The notes beneath the pieces are model-generated. The model was not told where the DNA came from. It did not search any database and saw nothing but the letters and a program-made list of their open reading frames with translations. A stretch of 64,000 nt of DNA from positions 128,001-192,000 of the forward strand of contig JBKAGE010000037.1 in assembly GCA_046290225.1 (NCBI GenBank), given 5' to 3'. Of this stretch, positions 1 through 9,131 are shown piece by piece. The first letter of the stretch is position 1. Each line of letters starts with the position of its first letter. The position numbers and the translations under genes are program-made. The DNA comes from Bradymonadia bacterium (GTDB lineage: Bacteria > Myxococcota_A > Bradymonadia > UBA7976 > UBA1532).

Positions 1-1984
1 CCCTGGGGGCGCTGAGAGAGATCTTGACCGCTTTCTGGCTCAACGCATAGCGATAACAGTCTGCAGCGGTGAACGGCAGGGGCTGGCCACCTCGCGCCTT
101 CAGCATCTGGCCATAGCACAGGTTGCTGAAGGTGATGATCTCCGCCCCGCAGGCTTCGGCGAGGGGCATGACCTCTGCTTCGGCGCTGTGGTGCCCGGCG
201 CTGTGGCGGATCATGAGGGTGGGCCACCCCTGATGCAGGGCTTCGAGGGCCAGGCCTCGATCGTGTGTCGAGAGTCCGAAGGTGCTCACATCACCTCGGG
301 CCCGGGCTTCCCACAACAACTCGGCGTTCTGCGCCGAGAGCCGGGCTTTCGACCGCACCCAGAACAAGATGAAGGCGGTCACCTTCGAGATGCCCAGAGT
401 CGTTTTCATCTGTTCGAGATCTCGAGCGATGTCCCGGGGCTCGCTGGCAAAGGTACCGCCGATGATCGACAACGCCCGCCGCTGCGGATCGGGCAAACTG
501 CGCAACCACCGGGTGAGGGCTGCGTACTCCGGCTCCCAGAAGAATGTGTTCACGCCCATGGACAGGGCCAGCTCATAGCCTTCCTCGGGGAGCCCGTACC
601 GGCCAGAGATCGCGAGGGCGCTCACCGCGTCTCCACCAAGGGTCCTCTGCGCCCGTGGCGGCCCTGCGCCCTCGCGGCGCCCAGGTGGCATCCACACCCG
701 GGGCTCGGTACGCATGGGAAAATAAGGGCCGGTATGGCGCAACGAGACCGGCTCACTCTCGAACACCGAGGCGCCTTGAAGCAGCGCAGGCGCGTAGCTG
801 TGCAGCGCTTCACCCTCACCATGCACACAGGCCACGGCGGCGGCGATCACCCGCCAGGACGGCTCACACTCCACAGAGTCGAGGATCGCCTGGGCCTCCA
901 TCTTGCTCATCTGGGCAGCCCGCAGACGATGCGTCGGGGGTGGCGCGCCCATACACCTGACCCCTTGCATTCGGGCCATGGGCGCGCCTCGGGCCCAGGC
1001 CAGAGCCCGAGGTGGACTCTCTGGCCACTCCAGAATCAGCGCTGGGAGATCCTTGCGGATCAGGGCATCAGAGGCTTCTCCATGTCGTTCGAGGAGAGCA
1101 AGTGCCCAGTCCACGGCATATGGCACCCGATCATCGCGCAGCCACGACAGTGCCCTGCGCCAGTGATGCAGCTCGCCGACACGAACCAACACCGCAGCGA
1201 CCACCCGGCGCATCTCAGCCATCCAGTCGTCGAGAGGATAGCCATCCTGGTGACCCACCAGTGGAATCAGCCGTTCGAGCTCTGAGGCGAGGGCTTCCGG
1301 GGGTGTATGACGCAGCTGAGCCACCATCACCGCCGGATCATCATCCCACCAGGAGGCGTCGAGCCACACAGGATCAGGTGGGTGGGGCACATCGGTCCGG
1401 CCTTCGAGACAGGCCCAGAGATATGCCACGGCGTGATCGCGGCATACATCACCGGCCTCGCCCCTGGACAACACCGCACGTAAACGCTCCGGCTCTCTCT
1501 CGGTGAGCGCCAGCAGCCTGTGTGCAGCATCACGCCGTACTCGCCAGACGGGATCGTCGAGGGCCGCCGCGACCCGCCCGGGATCATCTGTGGCTCTGCA
1601 GGCCACTCGACGCACGAGCGGTGCTGGATCAACAGCGATGACATCTTCCCAGCGCACATCGTCCGCCGACGCCATGGTGATAAGGGCCCGAACAGCTTCG
1701 AGTCTCACAGGACCCGACGGGTGTTGCATGGCGGACCACAGCTGCTGCTGTGTCATGGGCGATGACCAGCTGCGCCCCAATCGTCGTACCGCCTTCAGCA
1801 CGACCCCTTCCTCGCAGCCTCCCACCTCAATGGCTGCCTCGACGAGATCACACAGAGCCACTTCCACCGCAGGATGACTCTGTCGTTCGAGGCCCGCCAG
1901 CGCGGCCATGCGCTGGCCAGGGACCCAGAGGGCATAGGTGAGGGCGCGGATCTCTTCGGGGATGGTGGCTGAGGGTGTCGGCAT
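1..1984 (-). CDS. HEAT-repeat + aldo/keto reductase-like fusion protein (3' end runs off the window)
   Basis: Hand translation of the minus strand from ATG 1984 is open to the window edge (MPTPSATIPEEIRALTYALW...). The N-terminal part has HEAT-like units (HPSGPVRLEAVRAL, DPAPLVRRVAC, LDDPVWRVRRDAAHRL). The C-terminal part is AKR-like (LAISGRYGLP..ALSMGVNTFFW, FILFWVR, FGLSTHDR, RHSAGHHSAE..VMP, IITFSNLCYG, AADCYRYALS). Not in the ORF track because there is no stop in the window. Confidence 0.8.
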   Translation of the reverse strand, partial: MPTPSATIPEEIRALTYALWVPGQRMAALAGLERQSHPAVEVALCDLVEAAIEVGGCEEGVVLKAVRRLGRSWSSPMTQQQLWSAMQHPSGPVRLEAVRALITMASADDVRWEDVIAVDPAPLVRRVACRATDDPGRVAAALDDPVWRVRRDAAHRLLALTEREPERLRAVLSRGEAGDVCRDHAVAYLWACLEGRTDVPHPPDPVWLDASWWDDDPAVMVAQLRHTPPEALASELERLIPLVGHQDGYPLDDWMAEMRRVVAAVLVRVGELHHWRRALSWLRDDRVPYAVDWALALLERHGEASDALIRKDLPALILEWPESPPRALAWARGAPMARMQGVRCMGAPPPTHRLRAAQMSKMEAQAILDSVECEPSWRVIAAAVACVHGEGEALHSYAPALLQGASVFESEPVSLRHTGPYFPMRTEPRVWMPPGRREGAGPPRAQRTLGGDAVSALAISGRYGLPEEGYELALSMGVNTFFWEPEYAALTRWLRSLPDPQRRALSIIGGTFASEPRDIARDLEQMKTTLGISKVTAFILFWVRSKARLSAQNAELLWEARARGDVSTFGLSTHDRGLALEALHQGWPTLMIRHSAGHHSAEAEVMPLAEACGAEIITFSNLCYGQMLKARGGQPLPFTAADCYRYALSQKAVKISLSAPR

Positions 1985-2011
1985 GGGGTGAGAGTAGCTA
2001 TCATGCCTGCC

Positions 2012-2284
2012 ATGAGCCACCCTGATCACAGCCCGGAGCTTCATCGCCTCAACCGCATCGCTGGCCAGCTTGAAGGGGTGAGGCGCATGATCGAAGAGAA
2101 TCGATACTGTCCCGAAATCCTCGCTCAGGTTCGCGCGGTGCACTCGGCCCTGAAGGGCCTGGAGGCGCAGATTCTCAAACGTCACATCAACCACTGCCTC
2201 CGAGCGGCGATCCACTCAGACGATGAGTCGGCCATCGCCGAGCAGGTCGACGCCGTGGTTGATCTCTTCAGGAAGCAGTCATGA
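2012..2284 (+). CDS. csoR: CsoR/RcnR-family metal-sensing transcriptional repressor (CsoR-type Cys-His-Cys)
   Basis: RLNRIAGQLEGVRRMIEENRYCPEILAQVRAVHSAL...ILKRHINHC matches the family signature, with the C..H..C Cu(I) ligand fingerprint; start 2012 or 2003. Confidence 0.85.
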   Translation: MSHPDHSPELHRLNRIAGQLEGVRRMIEENRYCPEILAQVRAVHSALKGLEAQILKRHINHCLRAAIHSDDESAIAEQVDAVVDLFRKQS

Positions 2285-4140
2285 CTACAGTGCCTGCCCC
2301 CATCGCCCACGTGAGGCACCTCCTCGACACCGAGGCGCCCACGCTCACTCTGGTCAACGCCCTCGAAGAGCTGCCGAAACTGCTGAAGGGAGACCAGCAC
2401 GCGGCATCGAGGGCACTGTTCATCGAGGTGCTGAAGCACCCACACTGGCAGTTGCGGAGCGCCGCAGCCCGACAACTCGGCCACCTCGGCCCTGACGATC
2501 CCACGGGGGCAGAGCCCCTCGGCGCCGGCCGAGCGGCGCTGTGGCACAACGCCATGCACGATGACGTGCCCTGGTCTCGGAGCGCTGCTCGCTGGGCTCT
2601 GCGCACCCGTATTCAGGTGCTCGCGACTGACCCCCAGAGCACTGCGCAGTCCGATCAGTTCACCGAGGCCGTCGTCGAGAGCCTCACCACAGCAGACTCG
2701 ACCACCAAACGTCGAGCTCTGGCATTGATGGTCTCGCTCGACCTGCAAGTGCACCCGGATCGCCTTGCCCCTGCGCTCACTGATCCGGACTGGGCGGTGC
2801 GGGCTGCCGCCATCGACGCGCTGAGCCCTCACCGCCTGGCCAGCCCTGCCCTCTCTCACGTACTCCTCGACGCCCTGCACGACACAGCGCCTGGCGTGCG
2901 CGAGGCCGCGGCAGCAACGGCTGCGACGTTCTACAGCAGGGGCATGCCCCTCGATGACAACATCGCCGCTCAGCTGGCTCGTCAGACTGATGACGAAGAT
3001 GGCGCCGCCCGCCAGGGCGCTCTGGAAGCCCTGGCCTGTTGTAAACAGACACAAGCAGTCGAGTTGCGATTGCAGATGGGCATCAAAGCCCTCGGAGACG
3101 ATCACAGCCGCGTGCGCGGTCAGGGCGCTGCCCTGCTGGCACGCCTGGGCACGGAGGCTGCGCCTGCCCTCGACGATCTCATCGCCCATCTGGACGATCC
3201 AGCAGAGTCGGTCCGGCTCACCGTGCACGACACGCTGCAACAGCTCGGCCGCGACGACCAGCACACTCAACAGCGTCTCTGGAAGGCCTTGGAGGCGCCA
3301 CGGGCCCATCAGAGAGTGGCGGCCCTCAAACTGCTCAAAGATCTGCACACGAAAGGGCCGGTACCCCTCAAGGGTGCAGATCTCGAGGGGCTGCTCCACC
3401 AGCCCTCGGGGCAACTCTGGCAAGCGGCGATGTGGTTGATCAACTGGGCGCCGCTGTCGTCTGCAGACACCGCGGAGGTGCTCGTACGGGGTGCCCGCAA
3501 CCCTGATCCCACCATCCGCACGCGCTCGCTCAAGGCGATGCTCGAGCGTCAGGGTGATCTCTCTGCCACGCAGTTGACCCCCACTCTGCTCTGGTCACTG
3601 CGTGACACATCTCGTCAGGCCCGCAAACACTCTGTGGGGCTCGTCGAGCGTCTGCTCCGACACTCTGCGACGCACGCGCATGCCCTCACCCTCTGGCCTC
3701 AGCTGATCCGTCGACTCGCCGACCTGGAGCCTCGGGTGAACCGCGCCGCCTTTTCGGTCTTCAACGCACACTTTCAGACGCTCTCCCCCTGGCTGGGTAA
3801 CCCGGGGCCCTATGCCCAGGCCGTCTGGGTGTGCCTCCGCATCCACTTGATGCAGCCCGGGCACGACCTCCACCGGCAGAGCCGCTACCTGGAGCGAGTG
3901 CATGGTCACATCAGCTGGTATGGTCAATTGATTCAGCGCCGAGAGGCGCATCACGGCCGTCCTGATCCCTTCGAGACACACCCGCCGCCGTCGATGCCCC
4001 ACGACGTCATTCAGGCCTCGGAAGAGGCGATCCGACTCGCAGAGCTCTTCGGCGATCTGGGGCACCGAAAGTCAGGGCACTGGATGAAAGCCCGCGAGGG
4101 GGCCTGGCTGGCTGCAGCGTGGGTTCAGGCTCGGGGTTAG
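2281..4140 (+). CDS. HEAT repeat-containing protein
   Basis: Repeated units such as LTDPDWAVRAAAIDAL, LHDTAPGVREAAA, LGDDHSRVRGQGAALL, LDDPAESVR; ATGA overlap with the csoR stop. Confidence 0.8.
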   Translation: MTTVPAPIAHVRHLLDTEAPTLTLVNALEELPKLLKGDQHAASRALFIEVLKHPHWQLRSAAARQLGHLGPDDPTGAEPLGAGRAALWHNAMHDDVPWSRSAARWALRTRIQVLATDPQSTAQSDQFTEAVVESLTTADSTTKRRALALMVSLDLQVHPDRLAPALTDPDWAVRAAAIDALSPHRLASPALSHVLLDALHDTAPGVREAAAATAATFYSRGMPLDDNIAAQLARQTDDEDGAARQGALEALACCKQTQAVELRLQMGIKALGDDHSRVRGQGAALLARLGTEAAPALDDLIAHLDDPAESVRLTVHDTLQQLGRDDQHTQQRLWKALEAPRAHQRVAALKLLKDLHTKGPVPLKGADLEGLLHQPSGQLWQAAMWLINWAPLSSADTAEVLVRGARNPDPTIRTRSLKAMLERQGDLSATQLTPTLLWSLRDTSRQARKHSVGLVERLLRHSATHAHALTLWPQLIRRLADLEPRVNRAAFSVFNAHFQTLSPWLGNPGPYAQAVWVCLRIHLMQPGHDLHRQSRYLERVHGHISWYGQLIQRREAHHGRPDPFETHPPPSMPHDVIQASEEAIRLAELFGDLGHRKSGHWMKAREGAWLAAAWVQARG

Positions 4141-4165
4141 AGCTCCGCTGTTTTGCCAGGGATTC

Positions 4166-4861
4166 TCAGAACGAGTACGCAGCGCCGACGTTGAAGGCCG
4201 CCTCGAGGGTGGAGAACGGCTGCCCTTCTTCGTCAGTCATGGTCATGTCGTCACTCTCGGGGGTCAGCTCGCCGCTGCGGTAGATGATGTCGATGCCTGC
4301 CTTCAGGTTGAAGTGCTCGTTGGCGTAGAAGGCGAAGCCGATGTCACCACGGGCGGCCACACCGGCGAGCGTGCTCTCTTGCTTGAGACTGCTCGAGCCC
4401 GTCACGGGCGTCTCCCGAGTGCCTGTAAAGCCGCCGATGCCGATGCCCGGCTTGAAGAAGAAGCTGCTGCCCAGACGCACATAGTAGTTCGCCATCAAGA
4501 ACCCGATGATCCCCGAGTCATCCGACGTGGCCTCTGCCACCGTACCGTTGATGTCGGTCTCGTCCGTCCTCGAGCGGAGGAAGAAGTTCACGTTCAGGCC
4601 CAGAGCCAGGTTGTCCATGATGAAGTAGCGGGGGGTGAGGCCCACTGTGTAGCTGAGATCCGTGGTCGTGTTCGTCGTCGTGTCCGAGACCTCCACCGTG
4701 TTCTGGCGGTAGAGCAGCAGATTCTCGAAGCCCAGCTCGAAGACCCCCTTCTGGATCTTCGTCCAGCCACGGTGGTTCCCGCCTACGGTGCGGGCATGGG
4801 CAGAGGTGGCGATGCAGGCCATCGACAGGGCCAGGGCGAAAACGGACAAACGGCGGATCAT
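4166..4861 (-). CDS. Outer-membrane beta-barrel protein (OmpA/OmpW-like small barrel)
   Basis: Signal peptide (AHA cleavage), alternating amphipathic strands (TPRYFIMDNLALGLNVNF, FFFKPGIGIGG) and C-terminal aromatic signature AYSF. Confidence 0.75.
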   Translation of the reverse strand: MIRRLSVFALALSMACIATSAHARTVGGNHRGWTKIQKGVFELGFENLLLYRQNTVEVSDTTTNTTTDLSYTVGLTPRYFIMDNLALGLNVNFFLRSRTDETDINGTVAEATSDDSGIIGFLMANYYVRLGSSFFFKPGIGIGGFTGTRETPVTGSSSLKQESTLAGVAARGDIGFAFYANEHFNLKAGIDIIYRSGELTPESDDMTMTDEEGQPFSTLEAAFNVGAAYSF

Positions 4862-4990
4862 GACGCGTGCTCCTCAACATGTGCACAGTGCGGGCGGAGT
4901 ATAGCGCTCGGTGCCGCGCATACCAGCACCCCATCAGATTGAAGGCATCCCTGCCGACGCGCGTACCCCTGAATGACACAGGAGTATGCG

Positions 4991-6304
4991 ATGACATCCA
5001 TGACATTCGAAGACAGCGCCCATCTGCTCGGGCGGATCGCCTTCGGTGGTGACGGGGCCAGCCTCGAACACGCCCGCGCTCGAGGGCGCGCAGCCACCAT
5101 CGACACATTGCTCACGGCACCTACTGCCCTCACCCCGCACCCGCCTCTGGACTGGGTGCACGAGAAGCCACCCCTCAGGCGCAGGCGGCTGCTCGATGAC
5201 GCCGAGCGCAAGGCCTTCAGAAAGCTGCGCCGCCAACGTGGCCGCGCCCTGCAGAGCTGGTGGCTCGAGGCCATGGCCACCAGTGAGCACCCCGCCTTCG
5301 AGCGGATGCTCGTCTTCTGGCACGGCCACTTCACCAGCAGCCTGCGCAAGGTGAAGTGGCCCGGCTGGATCTGGCAACAGCATCTCACCATGCGACGACA
5401 CGCCCTGGGCAGCTTTCGAGATTTGTTGAGGGCCATGGTGCGTGATCCGGCCATGCTCATCTATCTCGACAACACCGCCAACCGACGTCGGGCGCCCAAC
5501 GAAAACCTCGCCAGAGAGCTCATGGAGCTGTTCACCCTCGGCGAGGGACACTACACCGAGGCCGACGTCAAAACCGCCGCCCGATGCCTCACCGGCTGGG
5601 GGGTCGACCGTACCGAGGGGTTCAGCATCAAGCAGCGGGCCCACGACGGGCGCACCAAGACACTCTTTGGCCGCACTGGACCGCTCGACGGCGATGATCT
5701 CGTCGACGTGCTCCTCGAGCACCCACGGACCGCTGTGCACATCGCCGAGCGCATGTGGATCCACTTCGCTGGTGCCCCTCATCGGCCCACCATCGAGAAA
5801 ATGGCGCAGGCCTTTCGGCGCAGCGACTACCAAATCACCGCCCCACTGAAGGTCATGCTCGGCGCTGACGCCTTTTACGCCCCGACGTTGCGCGGCGCAC
5901 ACATCAAGAGCCCCATCGATTTGATCGTGGGTACAGTACGCCTGCTCAACCTGAAGCCGGAGGACTGGTCACCTCTCGCCCGGGCCTGTGGCAGGCTCGG
6001 TCAGGGGCTCTTCAACCCACCCAACGTCAAGGGGTGGCCTGGGGGCACCCGGTGGATCACCACCGACACGCTCATGGCCCGTCACGCCCTGCTCGATCAC
6101 GCCCGCGACAGCTTGCCGGAGGACGCCAGCACCGCCTGGCGTCTGCTGGCGCAAAGGCTCGGAGTGCGCGGTGGGCCTCAGCGCACCTACCGACAACTCC
6201 ACCAGCTTTGCCTCCCGGTGCACGACGCCCCGGGCAAGGCCCCTTCTTCTCCATGGGCAGCCCTCGGTGAGGTGCTGCGCCATCCTGCCTATCAGCTTGT
6301 GTGA
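4991..6304 (+). CDS. DUF1800 family protein
   Basis: AHLLGRIAFG, ERMLVFWHGHFTSS, DPAMLIYLDN, PNENLARELMELFTLG, TGW, FNPPNVKGWPGG, PAYQL; start uncertain (4973/4991/5000). Confidence 0.9.
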   Translation: MTSMTFEDSAHLLGRIAFGGDGASLEHARARGRAATIDTLLTAPTALTPHPPLDWVHEKPPLRRRRLLDDAERKAFRKLRRQRGRALQSWWLEAMATSEHPAFERMLVFWHGHFTSSLRKVKWPGWIWQQHLTMRRHALGSFRDLLRAMVRDPAMLIYLDNTANRRRAPNENLARELMELFTLGEGHYTEADVKTAARCLTGWGVDRTEGFSIKQRAHDGRTKTLFGRTGPLDGDDLVDVLLEHPRTAVHIAERMWIHFAGAPHRPTIEKMAQAFRRSDYQITAPLKVMLGADAFYAPTLRGAHIKSPIDLIVGTVRLLNLKPEDWSPLARACGRLGQGLFNPPNVKGWPGGTRWITTDTLMARHALLDHARDSLPEDASTAWRLLAQRLGVRGGPQRTYRQLHQLCLPVHDAPGKAPSSPWAALGEVLRHPAYQLV

Positions 6305-6312
6305 GGTGTGTG

Positions 6313-7548
6313 ATGAGACGACGTGAATTCCTGAAGTACACCGGTGGCTCTGCCATGGCCGCATCCGCCCTCGCCGCCCTCCCCCTCAGCGCCTGTGGTG
6401 GTGGCACCACACGCAGCGCCGCCGTCGCTGGACGCACCCTCGTCCTCGTGGAGCTCGCCGGCGGCAACGACGGGCTCAACACCATCGTGCCATATCGAGA
6501 TCCGCTGTATCACGCCCTGCGGCCCACACTCGCCCTCGGCGCAGGCGAATGCCTCGACATCGGCGACGACCTTGCGATGCATCAAAGCCTGAAGCCGCTG
6601 ATGCCCGCCTTCGATGCCCAGGAGATGGCCATCGTACAGGGGGTGGGATACCCCGAGCCCAACCGATCCCACTTTCGCTCCATCGAGATTTGGGACACGG
6701 CCACCGACAGCGACGACTACAGCGCCGAAGGGTGGATCGCCCGAGGCCTCAGCCCTGCCCGCGCCATTCCTCAGCGCCCAGTCAATCAACGGGCTGCAGA
6801 TGCCATCGTCCTGGGCGGTCGCGGTGGCTTCGTGCTCGGTGGTGGGCCGCTCCAGGGCGGACAACTGACCACGCTCACGCTGCAAGATCCCGAGCAGTTC
6901 ATCCGGCAAGTGCGGCAGCAGCGCCCGACGCGCTCGGCGCCAACCCAGGCCTCAGGGCACAACGCGCTGCAGCACGTACTCGAGGTCGAAGCGGCGATTC
7001 AGCGGGGTGCCGATCAGCTCGAGGCCCGCCTCGCCCAGGCCCCCAGCCTGCCAGTGAGTTTTCCCAAGAGCACCATCGGACAACAGCTCGCTCAGGTAGC
7101 CCGGCTCATCGTCGCCGATCTCGGGGTGCCGGTCTTCAAGATCAGCCACAAGGGCTTCGACACCCACGCCCGGCAAAAGAACGCGCACCGACGCCTGCTC
7201 TCCGAGCTCGCCGAAGGCATTGCGGCTTTCAAAGCGGCCCTCGAAGCCCGAGACCACTGGTCCGACACTGTGCTCATGACGTACAGCGAGTTCGGCCGAC
7301 GCCCCAAGGAGAACGGCAGCCGGGGCACGGACCACGGCACCGCAGCACCACATCTGCTCATCGGGGCCAAGGTACGGGGAGGCATCTACGGCGAGCGGCC
7401 GAATCTCAGACAGCTCGATGGCGGGGATCTGGTCCACACCGTGGACTTCCGCTCGATCTACGCCACGCTCGCCTCGTCGTGGTGGGGGTTGCCGCCGGCC
7501 CGGTTCGGCCTCGACGGGCATACAGCCCTGCCCTTGCTCACAGGCTGA
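6313..7548 (+). CDS. DUF1501 family protein, Tat-exported
   Basis: Twin-arginine signal MRRREFLK; LAGGNDGLN, VGYPEPNRSHFRS, GFDTH, YSEFGRR..ENG..GTDHG, VDFRSIYA; canonical partner of DUF1800. Confidence 0.9.
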   Translation: MRRREFLKYTGGSAMAASALAALPLSACGGGTTRSAAVAGRTLVLVELAGGNDGLNTIVPYRDPLYHALRPTLALGAGECLDIGDDLAMHQSLKPLMPAFDAQEMAIVQGVGYPEPNRSHFRSIEIWDTATDSDDYSAEGWIARGLSPARAIPQRPVNQRAADAIVLGGRGGFVLGGGPLQGGQLTTLTLQDPEQFIRQVRQQRPTRSAPTQASGHNALQHVLEVEAAIQRGADQLEARLAQAPSLPVSFPKSTIGQQLAQVARLIVADLGVPVFKISHKGFDTHARQKNAHRRLLSELAEGIAAFKAALEARDHWSDTVLMTYSEFGRRPKENGSRGTDHGTAAPHLLIGAKVRGGIYGERPNLRQLDGGDLVHTVDFRSIYATLASSWWGLPPARFGLDGHTALPLLTG

Positions 7549-7561
7549 GAGCGAAGGTTGA

Positions 7562-9019
7562 TTACTGCCCCTGGCCCAGGGAGAAGCCTGCCTTGCCGTC
7601 GAAGGTGCACAGCGTTTCGATCTTGATCCAGTCGAGGCCCAGGGCGGAGATGCGCTGCAGCAGCTCGGCCATCTCCTTGTGGGTCACCGGCGCGCTGTCC
7701 TTGCGCTGGAAGCGGCAGCGCCAGTGGTCGGTGCAGAAGGTCTCCGGCTGACCACCGGGCCAGACCTTCACGCCGCGGTTGGTGATCATCACCAGCTCGA
7801 CGCCGTCGGCGTTGGCCTTGCTCAGGTGCGTGCCCAGATTCTCCGGGGGGCGATCCGCCTCGTCCCAATCGAGGAACACGTCTACACCAACCATCACCTT
7901 CTCGCGACGCGGGCGGGGCTTCAGGGGCACCACACACTGCGAGAGCGCGCCAGTCTCTGCCTTTGCAGGCTCGAGCTGCTGAGGCTTCTCGCCGAGGCGG
8001 GCGATGACAGCCTGGGCGAAGCCCGAGGTGCCCACCTTCTGCTTCGTCTGCTCAGAGACGATGTCGCCGGTGTGGATGCCGTCCTCGATGGTCTTGAGCC
8101 AGGCGTTGTGCACCTTCTCTGCAACATCGCTCAGGCCCAGATGCTGCAGCATCAGGATGGCGCCGTGGAGCAGGCCCGAGGGGTTGGCGATGTTCTGGCC
8201 GGCGATGTCGGGCGCCGAGCCGTGTACCGCCTCGAACATCGCCGCCTCGGCACCGATGTTCGCCGAGCCGCCGAGGCCCACAGAGCCCGACAGCTGCGCC
8301 GCGACGTCGGAGAGGATGTCACCGTAGAGGTTGGGCAACACCACCACGTCAAAGCGATCGGGGGTATCGGCGAGGCGGGCCGTGCCGATGTCGATGATCA
8401 TGCGGTCGGACTCGATGTCGGGGTACTCCTCGCGCACGGCGTTGAACACCTCGGTGAAGAGCCCATCGGTGATCTTCATGATGTTGTCTTTGACCATGGC
8501 CGTCACGCGCTTGCGGCCCTTCAAGCGGGCGTACTCGAAGGCGTAGCGGATGATGCGCTCGGCCCCGGGGCGGGAGACCAGTTTCAAGCACTGGGCCACC
8601 TCGTCGGTCTGGCTGTGCTCGATGCCTGCGTAGAGGCCCTCTTCGTTCTCCCGGATGATCACGAGATCCATCTCGGGATGCCGGGTGGACACGAAGGGGG
8701 CGTGGGTGCGACAGGGGCGCACGTTGGAGAACAGGCTGAGGGTCTTGCGCAGCGTGACGTTGAGCGACTTCACCCCGCCACCCTGAGGTGTGGTGATCGG
8801 CGCCTTGAGCAGGGCGTCGCAGCGTCGCAGGATCGGCCACGTCTCCGGGGCGATGCCGGCGCTGTGGCCCTGGCGGTAGACCTGCTCCCCGAGCTGGATC
8901 TCTTCATAGATCAGCGGCGCCTGAGCGGCCTTGAGGATGTTGATGACGGCCTCGGTGATCTCCGGGCCGATGCCGTCGCCCCAGGCGACAGCGACGCGAT
9001 GCGTATTTTGAGTGGACAT
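7562..9019 (-). CDS. icd: NADP-dependent isocitrate dehydrogenase (type with C-terminal extension)
   Basis: GDGIGPEI, LKAPITTPQGGGVKSLNVTLRK, IIRENEEGLYAGIE, KDNIMK, PNLYGDILSD, MFEAVHGSAPDIAG, C-terminal ITNRGVKVWP..CTDHWRCRF..FSLGQGQ; AGGAG SD before ATG 9019. Confidence 0.95.
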   Translation of the reverse strand: MSTQNTHRVAVAWGDGIGPEITEAVINILKAAQAPLIYEEIQLGEQVYRQGHSAGIAPETWPILRRCDALLKAPITTPQGGGVKSLNVTLRKTLSLFSNVRPCRTHAPFVSTRHPEMDLVIIRENEEGLYAGIEHSQTDEVAQCLKLVSRPGAERIIRYAFEYARLKGRKRVTAMVKDNIMKITDGLFTEVFNAVREEYPDIESDRMIIDIGTARLADTPDRFDVVVLPNLYGDILSDVAAQLSGSVGLGGSANIGAEAAMFEAVHGSAPDIAGQNIANPSGLLHGAILMLQHLGLSDVAEKVHNAWLKTIEDGIHTGDIVSEQTKQKVGTSGFAQAVIARLGEKPQQLEPAKAETGALSQCVVPLKPRPRREKVMVGVDVFLDWDEADRPPENLGTHLSKANADGVELVMITNRGVKVWPGGQPETFCTDHWRCRFQRKDSAPVTHKEMAELLQRISALGLDWIKIETLCTFDGKAGFSLGQGQ

Positions 9020-9131
9020 GAGATCTCCTGTGGTCACGTGCCAGATACACGATTCACAATTCGTGTTTCTGGTTGCGCAAGAAGCGACCTTTCGTCGCAT
9101 GATCGAGGGCGCTTCTACTACACTGCCGCTC

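Noticed and set aside
188..1877. Plus-strand ORFs in the first 1.9 kb
   Set aside because: The minus-strand frame from 1984 is open throughout and carries HEAT and AKR motifs, so these are shadows.
4991..7548. DUF1800-DUF1501 pair as a novel system
   Set aside because: Uncharacterised but very widespread gene pair; nothing unusual in this copy.
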